In this document: positions 7,294 to 16,598 of the stretch, one piece after another
Layout: every line of letters starts with the position of its first letter
How positions within the stretch are numbered: position 1 is the stretch's first letter
Virus record (IMG/VR): IMGVR_UViG_3300015245_000004
Coordinates: 1-64,000 of that record
Length of the DNA: 64,000 nt
Source: a virus
Direction: 5' to 3' (one strand)
Translations under genes and position numbers: made by a program
Notes under the pieces: generated by a model
What the model was told of the DNA's origin: nothing
Seen by the model: only the letters and a program-made list of their open reading frames with translations
Database searches by the model: none

Positions 7294-10200
7294 GATAGCA
7301 CCTGATAGTGATCTGGGCTTTTCTTAATATCGCCTCGAAGTATTCCAACAACATACTTGAAATGCTCGGGGCTCTTGGTGGCAAAACGGGCCGCGTCAGC
7401 ATAGAGCTGCTCAACGCCAACCGACACAAGCTCGGTCGCAGTCCCGCTGTACCACTTCGCCGAGTAGTTGCTAAACAATGCTTTCGATGGAAGATAAACC
7501 TCATGATCTTCATACCCCTCACCAACATGCTTGGCCTTAGCACCCTTTGAATTGGATAACAGAAAGCCCGTGCCCATTGCTAGAAATCCACCAGCAGTTT
7601 CAATATGGTGGCCCACCTCATGCGCTAAGGTCGAAAGCGACCCATTAAGTTTGACGTGCACACCATCAGTTCGGTTGTAATAAGCGCGATCAGGTCCATA
7701 GACCGACTTCTCATCCAGTGATATGAGGTTAACCTTCATCTGCTGGCCATGAACTGACGCCTCTAACACATGAGAAAAGAAGTTCTGAATTGTAGGAGAC
7801 CCCAGCTCAGTATTCCCTTCCCATGTAATCTCCGTCTTCGGCGTATTCGGCACACCAACGACTTTCCATATATCTTGGTTAAGTTTTTTGTCGATGGCAT
7901 TCTTAGCCGTAGCTAGGTCCTCGTGCATCTGACCGGCTTTTCGGAAGGCCGACTGGGCCGCGAGAAACCTCAACTTACCCTGATGGCGGGGCGCTTCTTT
8001 GTCAAGAGCCATCCCAAGGCCACCCGGCAATGCTTTAATGGCCTCAGCCCCGCCCAGCTTTTCCCTGTACTCATTCATTTTGTCGAATGCTCTTACACCC
8101 TTTTTTGTCCACATAGATATTGCATCATCTAATTCAAGTTGACGACCTGCAGCCGCTTCAGCCATTTCTTGTACCTTCCGCCAAATCTTATTAAGGCCTG
8201 GCCGGGCTTTCTTATAATCAGCCTCAGCCTGAGCGGCCCAGGGCATCATGGCTTTCGCACCCCGATCCGCAAGCTGGCATTCCCAGTATTGCTTAACCTT
8301 CTTCTGCAGAGGCTTAGGCATCCACGGCGTGTTGACATACTGCTCAAGCACCTCATCAGGCACCTCGATACCCTTTTCAACAGCACGCTGCACCAACTTA
8401 GCATGGCGAGCATGCACTTCACCCTCGAAGTTCCATGCTATGCCTTCTAACAAACGAGCGCGCCGGCGATGAAACGATGCTGTTAGGTCTTCAATATGCT
8501 CCTTGTAATAAGTCGATGCATTGGAATATCCACGATCTTCAAGGTTCTGCTTAACCTTTGAATCGAGCGTCCCATGAATTGCGTGCTGCATCTGACTGTT
8601 TGCATCTTCATACTGAGTGTTGTACTCCTTTTGAATCCGCTCTAACTCCATCTTAGTTTCGCGGGCCATGTAATCCTTCAACTTCATGCGAAACGCCGCG
8701 TACTTATAACCCTTAGTCTTCATCTCCTTTTTAACGAACTCCCCCGCATTAGATGGCTGGCCCCGTGGATGTTTCGACTCATCCCAAGCATTACCAACGA
8801 AAGGGCGGCGCTGCTTACCCTCGTTCCCCGTCGGTTTCTTCTTTTTCGCGGCCGGTTTCTTCTTCAGTACGTTCCCCCGCGCACCGGCCGGCGGCAATTT
8901 GGGCTCGGGCTTCTGGCCGTACTTGATGCCGCCCGGCCCCAGCGGCTCGGTGCTGGTAGGCACCATGCCCTGCTGCTGGGCCATCTGCATTGCCTGCTGG
9001 TGCTGCTCGTCCTGCTGCTGGGCCATTTCGTCCTGCTTCTCCTGGGCGGCCTGCAGGATCGACTCGGCCTCCTCAAGGTCCATGCCCATAAACTCAGTCA
9101 TGTACTCCAGCTCGGGCACCAGCGTATTAACGCCGCCCGACACATAGGTCGCCATCGCCTGCGTCTTCTGGTTCAGGATGGCCGCCCGCTCGGTGTCGCT
9201 CGGTGTGGCCACGTCCGGCCAGTGAACCTCAAAGTCGTTGTCGGTTGGTGGGGGCAGGATGCCTAACCACACCAGCCGCTCGACCAACGGCCGAATCACA
9301 TACGGCGAGATGTACTTATCCTGCCGGCGGTTCAAACGCTTATTCCACGCCTGGGCATCCTGGCTCGACGCCAGCTCGCCGCGCTCGCTGCCCAGTAAAA
9401 TCCGCATTGGAATACCGATAGCGATGCTGATCGCCTTGTATTGCTCTTCCAGGTGGGCCGACGGTGGCACATACTGCGGGGCCAGCGATTTCACCTGCAC
9501 GCCTAGTAATGCAAAGTACCGCTGCAGGCCATTCTGGTACATATCCATCTGGGCCTTGATGGTCGCCGCATCCAGCGTCACGTCCGCGCCCAGGTCGTTG
9601 AGGTTCGGCGTGGACTCAAATGAGTAGCCGGGGAAGCCGCCCTTCCAGAACATCTCGGCCGAGCCGCCGAGCATCTTCTTCCAGTCCATAATGTGGTTGA
9701 ACACACACTGCATACGCGGCATACCGTAAATCTCATTCGACTTGCGGTTGTCGGCAACGTGAATCGCGCGGGACCAGTGTACCTTGCGGTTAGTGATTGT
9801 CTCCATTGCCGAGCCGCTGCTGTAACCGCTATTGCCCAGCGTATCGACGAAGGTGATGTCGTACTCAACCGGCTGGCCATAGCGGGCCGACTGGGTGTTA
9901 GTCTCCAGCTTGGTGACGCGCACCTGGCTATGGTCGAAGGCCCGCAGGAAAAGAAGTTGAAAGCGGCCGGGCGGAATCAGCGGCTCATTGTCGATGTCGC
10001 CGTCTCCATTACGGAGTGGAGTAGACAGATCGTCTCCAGCATTAACACCAAGCAGTAATACGCCAAAGTGGCCAATGCCGCTAAGCTCATCAATTCGGTG
10101 GCACCAATGCCAGAGGTTTTTCTTCTTGAGTAGCTTGCCGAACTCGGCCTCGAAGTCGGTCTCGGTTCCGGGGTCGTCATCGTCGTACACCTCCGGGTCT

Positions 10201-10493
10201 ACCGCCCAGGCCTCCTCGGGGTACACCGACACCACGCGGGTGCCCAGACCCATGCGGTCGTAAACACCCCGGTACATCTGAGGTGTGATAAGGTCCGGGT
10301 AGCCACACTCGGCGTCGATGTTGCGGCGCGGGTCGAGTAGCTTGCTAAATAGATCGCGGCGGAATAGGAAGGCATTAGTCAACAACTGCTGCGGCATATC
10401 CGCCATCAGCGGGTGAGCTGCATGGTTCAGCAGCGTCGTGCCCCGGTGGCCGCCGTCGTTTGGTATCACCCGCAGGTCGTTACGTTGCGACAT
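7290..10493 (-). CDS. Portal protein (DUF1073-type) fused to a long C-terminal extension with an HExxH metallopeptidase-like motif
   Basis: 1067 aa. The N-terminal ~480 aa are portal-like (ECGYPDLITPQMYRGVYDRMGLG..., WHWCHRIDELSGIGHFGVLLLG...). These are followed by a Q/K/P-rich linker, SKHPRGQPSNAGEF, a helical region and TLAHEVGHHIE (nt 7605-7622). Confidence 0.8.
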   Translation of the reverse strand: MSQRNDLRVIPNDGGHRGTTLLNHAAHPLMADMPQQLLTNAFLFRRDLFSKLLDPRRNIDAECGYPDLITPQMYRGVYDRMGLGTRVVSVYPEEAWAVDPEVYDDDDPGTETDFEAEFGKLLKKKNLWHWCHRIDELSGIGHFGVLLLGVNAGDDLSTPLRNGDGDIDNEPLIPPGRFQLLFLRAFDHSQVRVTKLETNTQSARYGQPVEYDITFVDTLGNSGYSSGSAMETITNRKVHWSRAIHVADNRKSNEIYGMPRMQCVFNHIMDWKKMLGGSAEMFWKGGFPGYSFESTPNLNDLGADVTLDAATIKAQMDMYQNGLQRYFALLGVQVKSLAPQYVPPSAHLEEQYKAISIAIGIPMRILLGSERGELASSQDAQAWNKRLNRRQDKYISPYVIRPLVERLVWLGILPPPTDNDFEVHWPDVATPSDTERAAILNQKTQAMATYVSGGVNTLVPELEYMTEFMGMDLEEAESILQAAQEKQDEMAQQQDEQHQQAMQMAQQQGMVPTSTEPLGPGGIKYGQKPEPKLPPAGARGNVLKKKPAAKKKKPTGNEGKQRRPFVGNAWDESKHPRGQPSNAGEFVKKEMKTKGYKYAAFRMKLKDYMARETKMELERIQKEYNTQYEDANSQMQHAIHGTLDSKVKQNLEDRGYSNASTYYKEHIEDLTASFHRRRARLLEGIAWNFEGEVHARHAKLVQRAVEKGIEVPDEVLEQYVNTPWMPKPLQKKVKQYWECQLADRGAKAMMPWAAQAEADYKKARPGLNKIWRKVQEMAEAAAGRQLELDDAISMWTKKGVRAFDKMNEYREKLGGAEAIKALPGGLGMALDKEAPRHQGKLRFLAAQSAFRKAGQMHEDLATAKNAIDKKLNQDIWKVVGVPNTPKTEITWEGNTELGSPTIQNFFSHVLEASVHGQQMKVNLISLDEKSVYGPDRAYYNRTDGVHVKLNGSLSTLAHEVGHHIETAGGFLAMGTGFLLSNSKGAKAKHVGEGYEDHEVYLPSKALFSNYSAKWYSGTATELVSVGVEQLYADAARFATKSPEHFKYVVGILRGDIKKSPDHYQVLS

Positions 10494-10921
10494 TACTCCT
10501 CTACCTCACGCAGGTTGGACCACGACGCCGTGCCATGCTCCGTTGGGTTCTCACGGTGGGCAACCAGGTAATCGCACAACTGCGATAGCTCATTAAAGCG
10601 GCGATAACGGCCCGTGAAGAACTGCTTAGCCGTTGTCCAAAGTGGAACAGTACTGCCGAACTCAAACACCGGAATGCCCAAATCCTCGGCCAGCACCCAC
10701 TCGGCAATCGCATTGACCGAGGGAGCATCGTTGCACACAATCACCAGGCCGGCAATGGAGATCAGGTCATCCATGTTAGCTCGCAGCACCTCGACCGGGG
10801 TTTCCTCCGGGTCGATGAAGCGGAAGTAACTACCCAGGCGGCGCTTGGCCTCGGCGTGCCAGGAGATGACGCTTTCCGGCGTCTGGTCGTCCAGGCCGCC
10901 GGTTAGGTGGATGATCTTCAT
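10493..10921 (-). CDS. Hypothetical protein, weak nucleoside 2-deoxyribosyltransferase-like (Rossmann-like) pattern
   Basis: 142 aa: MKIIHLTGGL...DLISIAGLVIVCND...AIAEWVLAEDLGIPVF. The start and stop overlap neighbouring genes. The fold call is weak. Confidence 0.3.
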   Translation of the reverse strand: MKIIHLTGGLDDQTPESVISWHAEAKRRLGSYFRFIDPEETPVEVLRANMDDLISIAGLVIVCNDAPSVNAIAEWVLAEDLGIPVFEFGSTVPLWTTAKQFFTGRYRRFNELSQLCDYLVAHRENPTEHGTASWSNLREVEE

Positions 10922-12474
10922 TAGTAATTATTACTTGGTGGGACCGAAACTTTATGGCGTTTGGCGTTATTACTCGCCCGGCCGCCTGCAGACAGCTTCG
11001 CCATCTTCTTCTCGCCGTATTTCTTACGGCCTATCGATGCCGCTACGGCGGCGGGATCATTGACGCCCTCGCCGCCTAACTTATCCTTGAGTGCCTTGAA
11101 GCGACCACCGCTACCGAGTTTGGACTGTTTAGCATTAGCACCAGGCACGCCACCACGCCCCTTGAATGCACGACCAACCTCACCTCGCGAGGTGGTCTTA
11201 CTTCCCTTTCGCACCTCGTGAATCAACTCGCGAACATGCTTCGAACTAGAGTACCGTGGCGACCGCTGCGATGACTTTTTCATTCGCGGCAGACTGGCCA
11301 TATCCCGAGCATTCCCTCGAAAGCCACGCAGCATCGATTCATCAGATAAAACTTTCTTCTCCTTATCTGATAGTCCATGCCAGCCCACCTTACTCTGCTT
11401 CTTCACAAGCGAGTGGTAGTCATCTGCTGCGTAACTCTTTCCTAAACCCCCTTGATTACGACGCACGCCCTTCTTCATTCCTCGCTTGCCGTAGTTGGCG
11501 GTGGCGTTCGCCGCCAGTTGCCGCGCCTCATCGGACCATTGCATGATTGTACCCCTTTCGTGGATACCAAGTTTCTTCTTGACGAATCCGCCCACCTTGG
11601 CCCCTATCGACCGTAGGTGTGTATTGCTGCCGGTTTTCATACCGGACGCGGTACGGCCCGTTTTCAGGGCCTTGAATGCCCCACCAACCGCCGCCCCGGC
11701 CCTACGTGCAAACGACGGCTTCGGCCCATTGTCGCGGCTGATCAACTTTGCCATTGGGGGCTTAGGCGCAGTCCCGGCCGGCTTGGGTGTTATGGGGGCC
11801 TTCCCTGGCCCTTTCGCTGGGTTCGCCTTTATGTGGGCGTCCATACGTGCGGTGATCTTACCCGCGAGCTTAGTAGTTGCCTTGTACATTGCCTCATTAC
11901 GTGACGCACCCTTCACCGTCACATTGAACTTGCGGCCCGATGCCTTGTGGCGAACCTTAAAAGTATGCTTCTGCGTCGATGCGGTCACCTTAGAGATTGT
12001 CTTGGCCGCCTGGTTATGTTGGTCGCGGCTAATCAACTTCGCCGTCGGCGGCTTCGCGCCAGGCTTGTTTCCACTCGCAGGTGAAATAGTCGCTGCCGGC
12101 GTTTTCTTTCCGGCCTGCGGCGTGGTGTGATTTGGCGTGGAAGTTTTCTTAGAATAGAATTCCTCGGCCTTCTTGGTATGTTCCGGTCCAAAGTAACTAG
12201 ATGCCTTACCACCAAACACATGCATCTTTGTGCCACTAGGCCCTGTATAGGACGACTCGTTTTTAGGCTTAACAGACTGACCCGCCGATGCGGCATGCTG
12301 CGGCGCAGCGGGTGTAGACTTCGCCTTCGGCTTGAAACTTCCCTTGTTTGCCTTGCGCGGCGTGGCCTGCTTGGTGCCGCCAACCCAGTTGCCGGACTTC
12401 AGGAAGGCCGACCGCTTCTTGGCCGCGCCGCGTGTTTTCGCCGCCGCATCTCGTGCCTGCTTGGACCAGACCAT
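10921..12474 (-). CDS. Very basic K/R/G/A-rich low-complexity protein, candidate internal virion or DNA-associated protein
   Basis: 517 aa. N-terminus is MVWSKQARDAAAKTR. The same motif recurs internally (IMQWSDEARQLAA). C-terminal block is GSGGRFKALKDKLGG...DPAAVAASIGRKKYGEKKMAKLSAGG. The duplicated segment PP(T/M)AKLISRD occurs twice. Confidence 0.55.
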   Translation of the reverse strand: MVWSKQARDAAAKTRGAAKKRSAFLKSGNWVGGTKQATPRKANKGSFKPKAKSTPAAPQHAASAGQSVKPKNESSYTGPSGTKMHVFGGKASSYFGPEHTKKAEEFYSKKTSTPNHTTPQAGKKTPAATISPASGNKPGAKPPTAKLISRDQHNQAAKTISKVTASTQKHTFKVRHKASGRKFNVTVKGASRNEAMYKATTKLAGKITARMDAHIKANPAKGPGKAPITPKPAGTAPKPPMAKLISRDNGPKPSFARRAGAAVGGAFKALKTGRTASGMKTGSNTHLRSIGAKVGGFVKKKLGIHERGTIMQWSDEARQLAANATANYGKRGMKKGVRRNQGGLGKSYAADDYHSLVKKQSKVGWHGLSDKEKKVLSDESMLRGFRGNARDMASLPRMKKSSQRSPRYSSSKHVRELIHEVRKGSKTTSRGEVGRAFKGRGGVPGANAKQSKLGSGGRFKALKDKLGGEGVNDPAAVAASIGRKKYGEKKMAKLSAGGRASNNAKRHKVSVPPSNNY

Positions 12475-12483
12475 TGTTTACTC

Positions 12484-12681
12484 CTACTCTTTATATCCAC
12501 GCCAAGCGCCACTGGGGTGACGGTAAGCTTGTTCTTTGTTTCGCTGTTTACCTAGAGCGGCATTCTTCTTATCCCGCCTCTCGCGAACATCCTGCTCACT
12601 GCTGGCCAATGAAGCCTTGCGTTTGTTCTTCATTTCACGGGTTCGTTTAGCGGCATCTCGTGCCTGCTTGGACCAGACCAT
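12484..12681 (-). CDS. Small basic paralog sharing the MVWSKQARDAA N-terminus
   Basis: 65 aa. The first 11 residues are identical to those of the 517-aa protein. Strongly K/R-rich. Confidence 0.55.
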   Translation of the reverse strand: MVWSKQARDAAKRTREMKNKRKASLASSEQDVRERRDKKNAALGKQRNKEQAYRHPSGAWRGYKE

Positions 12682-12684
12682 AAA

Positions 12685-12879
12685 TCACCTGCTGTGGTAA
12701 TGCCGTTGCCGTGCTTCCATACTCCCAATACTAAAGTCTTTTCTCTTAGCAGACTTGTGCTCATCTGCTATATCCTCAAGGATATGCTTATACCCACGAA
12801 GGGTAATGTTTCGCTTGGCTTTGTGTTTGTATTCCCGCGCACGGGCCGCTGCCTCGCGAGCTGTTTTTGACCATGCCAT
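12685..12879 (-). CDS. Small basic paralog (MAWSKTAREAA N-terminus)
   Basis: 64 aa, third member of the tandem family, located in an AT-richer stretch. Confidence 0.55.
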   Translation of the reverse strand: MAWSKTAREAAARAREYKHKAKRNITLRGYKHILEDIADEHKSAKRKDFSIGSMEARQRHYHSR

Positions 12880-13616
12880 TATGCCGCTTCCTTCTTCTCA
12901 TCGGCGGGGCGGCAAACCGGGTCGGTTTTGCACTGCCCCCAGGCCGAGTAGTTGTTGTAGATTTCCAGGTCGTGAAATAGCTTCACCTTCCGCGTGGCGT
13001 AGATGTTCCCGTGGGGCACGCCACGCGCCCGTAACTGGCGGGAGAAGTCCCAGTCCTCGGGAATGAACGAGGGCTCCCAAACGCCCGTGTGCTCATTGAC
13101 CTCGATCTTATGCAACTGCTTGAAGCCAATCGGCTCCTTATTCCACGGCCGCTTGAGTCGGCAAATGAACAGGCCGGTGTTGCACAGGAGCTGCGGATCG
13201 GTGAAGGTTTCGTCCAGCTTAAATACCTCATGCAGCGTCAGCCGGCGCGGGTGCCAGATATTGCCCGTGTCGTCAATGCCGGTGCTGGTCATGCCGGTGA
13301 CGTTCTTGATTGGCACAACCGCCGATACCAGGTCCGCCCCGGTGCGCTGCAGCTCATCGTAGAGAATGTTGAACCAGCCCATATGCGGGCACACGTCGCT
13401 ATGGATCATGGCAAAGTAATCCGCACCCATATTACGGGCGTTGCACCACAGCATGTCGAAGCAGTAGGGTAGGCTGGAGTTGCAAATTGCGGAGGCGTTG
13501 ATTTCACCCTGGTAGGATGCGCCCTGGGCAAGGGCATGGTGCATGCCGGCCGCTGCGCTGGGGTGGCATGATGTGGTATGCATCGGCATACCGATAAAGG
13601 CCTTTTCGATAGTCAT
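12879..13616 (-). CDS. Putative GT-A-fold glycosyltransferase
   Basis: 245 aa. The layout (IGMPMH..., NARNMGADYFAMIHSDV acidic motif, ...LVSAVVPIK) resembles a family-2-like glycosyltransferase core. Weak call. Confidence 0.4.
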   Translation of the reverse strand: MTIEKAFIGMPMHTTSCHPSAAAGMHHALAQGASYQGEINASAICNSSLPYCFDMLWCNARNMGADYFAMIHSDVCPHMGWFNILYDELQRTGADLVSAVVPIKNVTGMTSTGIDDTGNIWHPRRLTLHEVFKLDETFTDPQLLCNTGLFICRLKRPWNKEPIGFKQLHKIEVNEHTGVWEPSFIPEDWDFSRQLRARGVPHGNIYATRKVKLFHDLEIYNNYSAWGQCKTDPVCRPADEKKEAA

Positions 13617-13661
13617 TGCGAAGTCATCCTTTGGTTAGGTTTTCTGGCCCGGTCGTTGTTT

Positions 13662-13931
13662 TCAACACTCCCGCCAATTTCCGTTGTCTAAATACCCGTG
13701 CCACAGCTCGATATTAGTGCCATCACGCCTGATAGTAAAAACACGAATCGACGGAGCGGCGGTGATTGTTCCGTTTGCGTTCTCGGTGATAGTGTGGCCG
13801 GCGAGGTTGCACATATGTCCGTTCGGGGTTTTCCCATACCAGTGGCCCCGCTCATTTTTGGCATAATCGCCCGGCTGCAGGGCGGTAAATCTACCCGATA
13901 AATCCGGGTGTACGCGGCGTCCGGTCAGCAT
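13662..13931 (-). CDS. DUF6527-like paralog lacking the CPxCG knuckle
   Basis: 89 aa ending ...APSIRVFTIRRDGTNIELWHGYLDNGNW, which parallels PSI...WHGYLNKG of ORF 4671..5006. Confidence 0.4.
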   Translation of the reverse strand: MLTGRRVHPDLSGRFTALQPGDYAKNERGHWYGKTPNGHMCNLAGHTITENANGTITAAPSIRVFTIRRDGTNIELWHGYLDNGNWREC

Positions 13932-14053
13932 GTAAATCTCCTATAATACCCGCACCGCATGGCTCCCCACACACCCCTTCGCAGTGGGTCCGGGGGACTA
14001 TTAGTCCGGGGGCCAGTCCAGAACCATGCGATGGGGTAGTCATAGTGAGTCAT

Positions 14054-14296
14054 TTACTGCTTTACTGCGGTGTTGATTTTACTGCTTGAAATGACACTAC
14101 AGTTAAGTTTGGTCGGCCGGTCCTGCGCCTCCCTATACTGGGATACGTCCAGCTGTGTGGTGTCATTTAATTGCACCAGATTTCCTAGCGGATTATTACG
14201 CAGGCCGAGGATGGTGAGCACCTCGGATAACTCCTCGGCGGTCTTTGCCTGCACATCAATCTGCACATTGCCGTTGGTGATGGTATAACGAACCAT
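14054..14296 (-). CDS. Hypothetical small protein
   Basis: 80-aa ORF with GGAGG-like sequence upstream (rc of aacctcctg). Confidence 0.4.
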   Translation of the reverse strand: MVRYTITNGNVQIDVQAKTAEELSEVLTILGLRNNPLGNLVQLNDTTQLDVSQYREAQDRPTKLNCSVISSSKINTAVKQ

Positions 14297-14346
14297 CGGA
14301 AACCTCCTGTTTATAGCATATATTGGGCGGGGTTATTATTAGAGAT

Positions 14347-14383
14347 GGCGGCAGGGATAGACTTGCGGGATATCCCTGCCGCC
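14347..14383 (-). terminator. Strong GC-rich hairpin (13-bp perfect stem, 11-nt loop), terminator-like
   Basis: GGCGGCAGGGATA-gacttgcggga-TATCCCTGCCGCC, lying downstream of the leftward gene 14465..14872. The trailing sequence on the minus strand is A/U-rich (AUCUCUAAUAAUAA) but is not a clean U-tract. Confidence 0.4.
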
Positions 14384-14464
14384 GCCTAACCCGCCGCCCG
14401 GTGACTTTCCGTCTATCGTATCCAGACACCGTCGTTTCCGGCTGCCGCGCGGCCCTACCGGAGG

Positions 14465-14872
14465 TTAGGCAAAGGTGATCGGCCCAATCGTGGTGATCGT
14501 TCCGTCCGGGCTGCAGATATTAAGGTAGACAGTTTTTGCGCCGCTGTCGGTGATTTTCACATCGAGCAGGCCGGCGGTGGTAGTGATGCCAAAGCCGGAC
14601 TTGCCGGTGACGAACTCCTGCAGGCCGCCGCTGGTGCCTACGGCCACCGCGCCGGTCATGGCGGTGGCAACGGGCGTTTGCCCGAGGGAGTCGGAGGAAA
14701 TGTAATAAGGAACGTGGACCCGGACCCCGACCGCGACCTTCTCGTAATCCTTAAGGGCCAGGTTGACGGTGATGCTATCGGAACCCTCGGTGCCGATGGT
14801 GGAGTCGCAGATGCCCCACTCGTTAGCCTTCCACGGACTGTGCTTCTGCGGCATTTTTGCGCCGGCCTTCAT
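14465..14872 (-). CDS. Hypothetical beta-rich protein
   Basis: 135-aa ORF with G/T/S/V-rich Ig-like composition, followed by the hairpin at 14347. Confidence 0.4.
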   Translation of the reverse strand: MKAGAKMPQKHSPWKANEWGICDSTIGTEGSDSITVNLALKDYEKVAVGVRVHVPYYISSDSLGQTPVATAMTGAVAVGTSGGLQEFVTGKSGFGITTTAGLLDVKITDSGAKTVYLNICSPDGTITTIGPITFA

Positions 14873-14951
14873 GGTTTTCCCCTCGTAGACTGGTTAGCCG
14901 TACAACAGCCGGGGAATATACGGTATTACCTATGGCCGTATCAATAGGTCT

Positions 14952-15158
14952 TTATCGGTCGCCCCCCTCACCCCGGCATGTGCACGACCAGTGGTGGCTT
15001 GGCATATGACAACCCTTCTTTGGCAGCAGGGCCGCTGTTTGCACAATCATTTTCTTCAGCCAGTCGTTAATTCTAACTGTTTGATCCACATCGCATCTTC
15101 TCCTTTCATTGAATGCGTTTGACAGTAAACAAAAGTCGGCATGACTAGGCTCATTCAT
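14952..15158 (-). CDS. Hypothetical small Cys/His-containing protein
   Basis: 68 aa. Its start overlaps the terminase stop (15155-15158). Confidence 0.3.
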   Translation of the reverse strand: MNEPSHADFCLLSNAFNERRRCDVDQTVRINDWLKKMIVQTAALLPKKGCHMPSHHWSCTCRGEGGDR

Positions 15159-16591
15159 ACGATGCCCCCCACCGTGATCTTCTTCTTGGTGATCATGTTG
15201 AATGCCATCGAGCAGGCATCCACCTGATCCTTATAGCGCGAGAGCGGAAAGTGCTTCAGCTCATCAATGAAGTCATCGTGCCAGTTGCCGGCCTTGAGGT
15301 AAACATTGCCGCCGTTGACCTGCACCGAGAACGGGTCGGCCCGCGTTTGCTTGGAACCCTCGGATGCGCCGACCTTGTACACCCGCACCCGCCAGCCGGC
15401 CAGGTTCCGCACCGTATTCTCAACCGACTCCTTCCCTCCGGAGCCCGGCTCCTGCTCAAGTATGACAAACACATTGCGGCCGTCCTGCCCCGCTATTAAC
15501 TTGATCAGCCGCTCGCGCTCAGCCGAGTCTAACTGCTCACGGACTATGTCGAGTATCCAAAATCGGTGGTCCTTATCCTCAGCCATTAACACACCAACGG
15601 TGTACGCACCACCCCCAGAAGTTCCTGCTTTATCCCAGGCACGCACTATCCAGAGGAAACTATGCGGGGGCGTCTGGTCCGTTTTCAGACGGGCGGTCTT
15701 GAACATGCCGCCGCCGGCCGGGATCGGATTCTGCCCATACTGACCCGCGAAGGCGTACTGGCCTAACTGCTTCTCCCGCTCCTTGAGTACGCCGTGGGGC
15801 AGCCGCACCGGTTCCAGCAACCCATCCTTGTCGTAGTGCTTCCGAAGCGACTCGGGATAGACGTGGTCCGATAGAATGGCCGGCAGGCATATATGCCGCA
15901 CCCCCGTCCACTTAAGCATTGTGTTGGACGGGTCGTCCTCGTGCAGGCGCTGCATAATGAGAAACATAACAGTACGAACGCCAAGGATGCGGCGGCTTGG
16001 CAGAGTCTCGCGGATGTAGTCGTTGGCATTCTTCATTTCCAGCTCGGACAGGGCCTTGCGCGGGTCAATAGGGTCGTCTACGCTGATGATGTGGGCATGA
16101 AAGCCCATTGGGTTCTTGCCGCCGATGGTGCAGCTAAACCGACCACCGCCCAGCGTAAGGCGGAAGTAGCCCTTGGTGTCCTGGTCGTGAACGATCTTAA
16201 TCTCGGGAAAGCACTCGGTGTATTTCTCGCCGGTAATGACGGCGCGGCACTTGGTTGATAGGTCGAGGACCAAGTCCTCGGTGTGGCTTACACACATGTG
16301 CCGGCAGTTCGGCATCCTCGTCCACGTCCAGGCCTGGAATAGAATTGAGAGGACGGAGGACTTCGACGTGCCGGGCGGCACGTTGAACACCTCCATGTCC
16401 TCATCGTCGTTATCAAGGTCGTTATTAAGTACCAACTCGAACAGCCGCTGGGCCTCGTCGCATAGCACATTCATGTGCCAGTTCCAGATCAGCGGCGTGA
16501 CACCGGGAACCTCGGCCCAGTACTCCCTTACAAAGTGCTTGAAGGAGCGGCGACACAGCGACCGCACTACATCGATTTCACGAACGATCAA
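15155..16591 (-). CDS. terL: Terminase large subunit
   Basis: 478 aa. Walker A-like FNVPPGTSKSS, ATPase coupling LIMQRLHEDD, and a C-terminal RNaseH-like nuclease (RAWDKAGTSGGGAYTVGVLM ... YKDQVDACSMAF). Confidence 0.9.
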   Translation of the reverse strand: MIVREIDVVRSLCRRSFKHFVREYWAEVPGVTPLIWNWHMNVLCDEAQRLFELVLNNDLDNDDEDMEVFNVPPGTSKSSVLSILFQAWTWTRMPNCRHMCVSHTEDLVLDLSTKCRAVITGEKYTECFPEIKIVHDQDTKGYFRLTLGGGRFSCTIGGKNPMGFHAHIISVDDPIDPRKALSELEMKNANDYIRETLPSRRILGVRTVMFLIMQRLHEDDPSNTMLKWTGVRHICLPAILSDHVYPESLRKHYDKDGLLEPVRLPHGVLKEREKQLGQYAFAGQYGQNPIPAGGGMFKTARLKTDQTPPHSFLWIVRAWDKAGTSGGGAYTVGVLMAEDKDHRFWILDIVREQLDSAERERLIKLIAGQDGRNVFVILEQEPGSGGKESVENTVRNLAGWRVRVYKVGASEGSKQTRADPFSVQVNGGNVYLKAGNWHDDFIDELKHFPLSRYKDQVDACSMAFNMITKKKITVGGIV

Positions 16592-16598
16592 TCTACAG

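Noticed and set aside
11495-12130. 211-aa plus-strand ORF and other frames within 10921-12555
   Set aside because: They are antisense or alternative frames of the low-complexity basic protein gene.
13932-14053. Direct GTCCGGGGG repeats and a TATAATAC-like sequence in this gap
   Set aside because: The TATAAT-like element faces rightward, while all neighbouring genes are leftward. The repeats are short (9 bp, two copies) and could occur by chance in GC-rich DNA.
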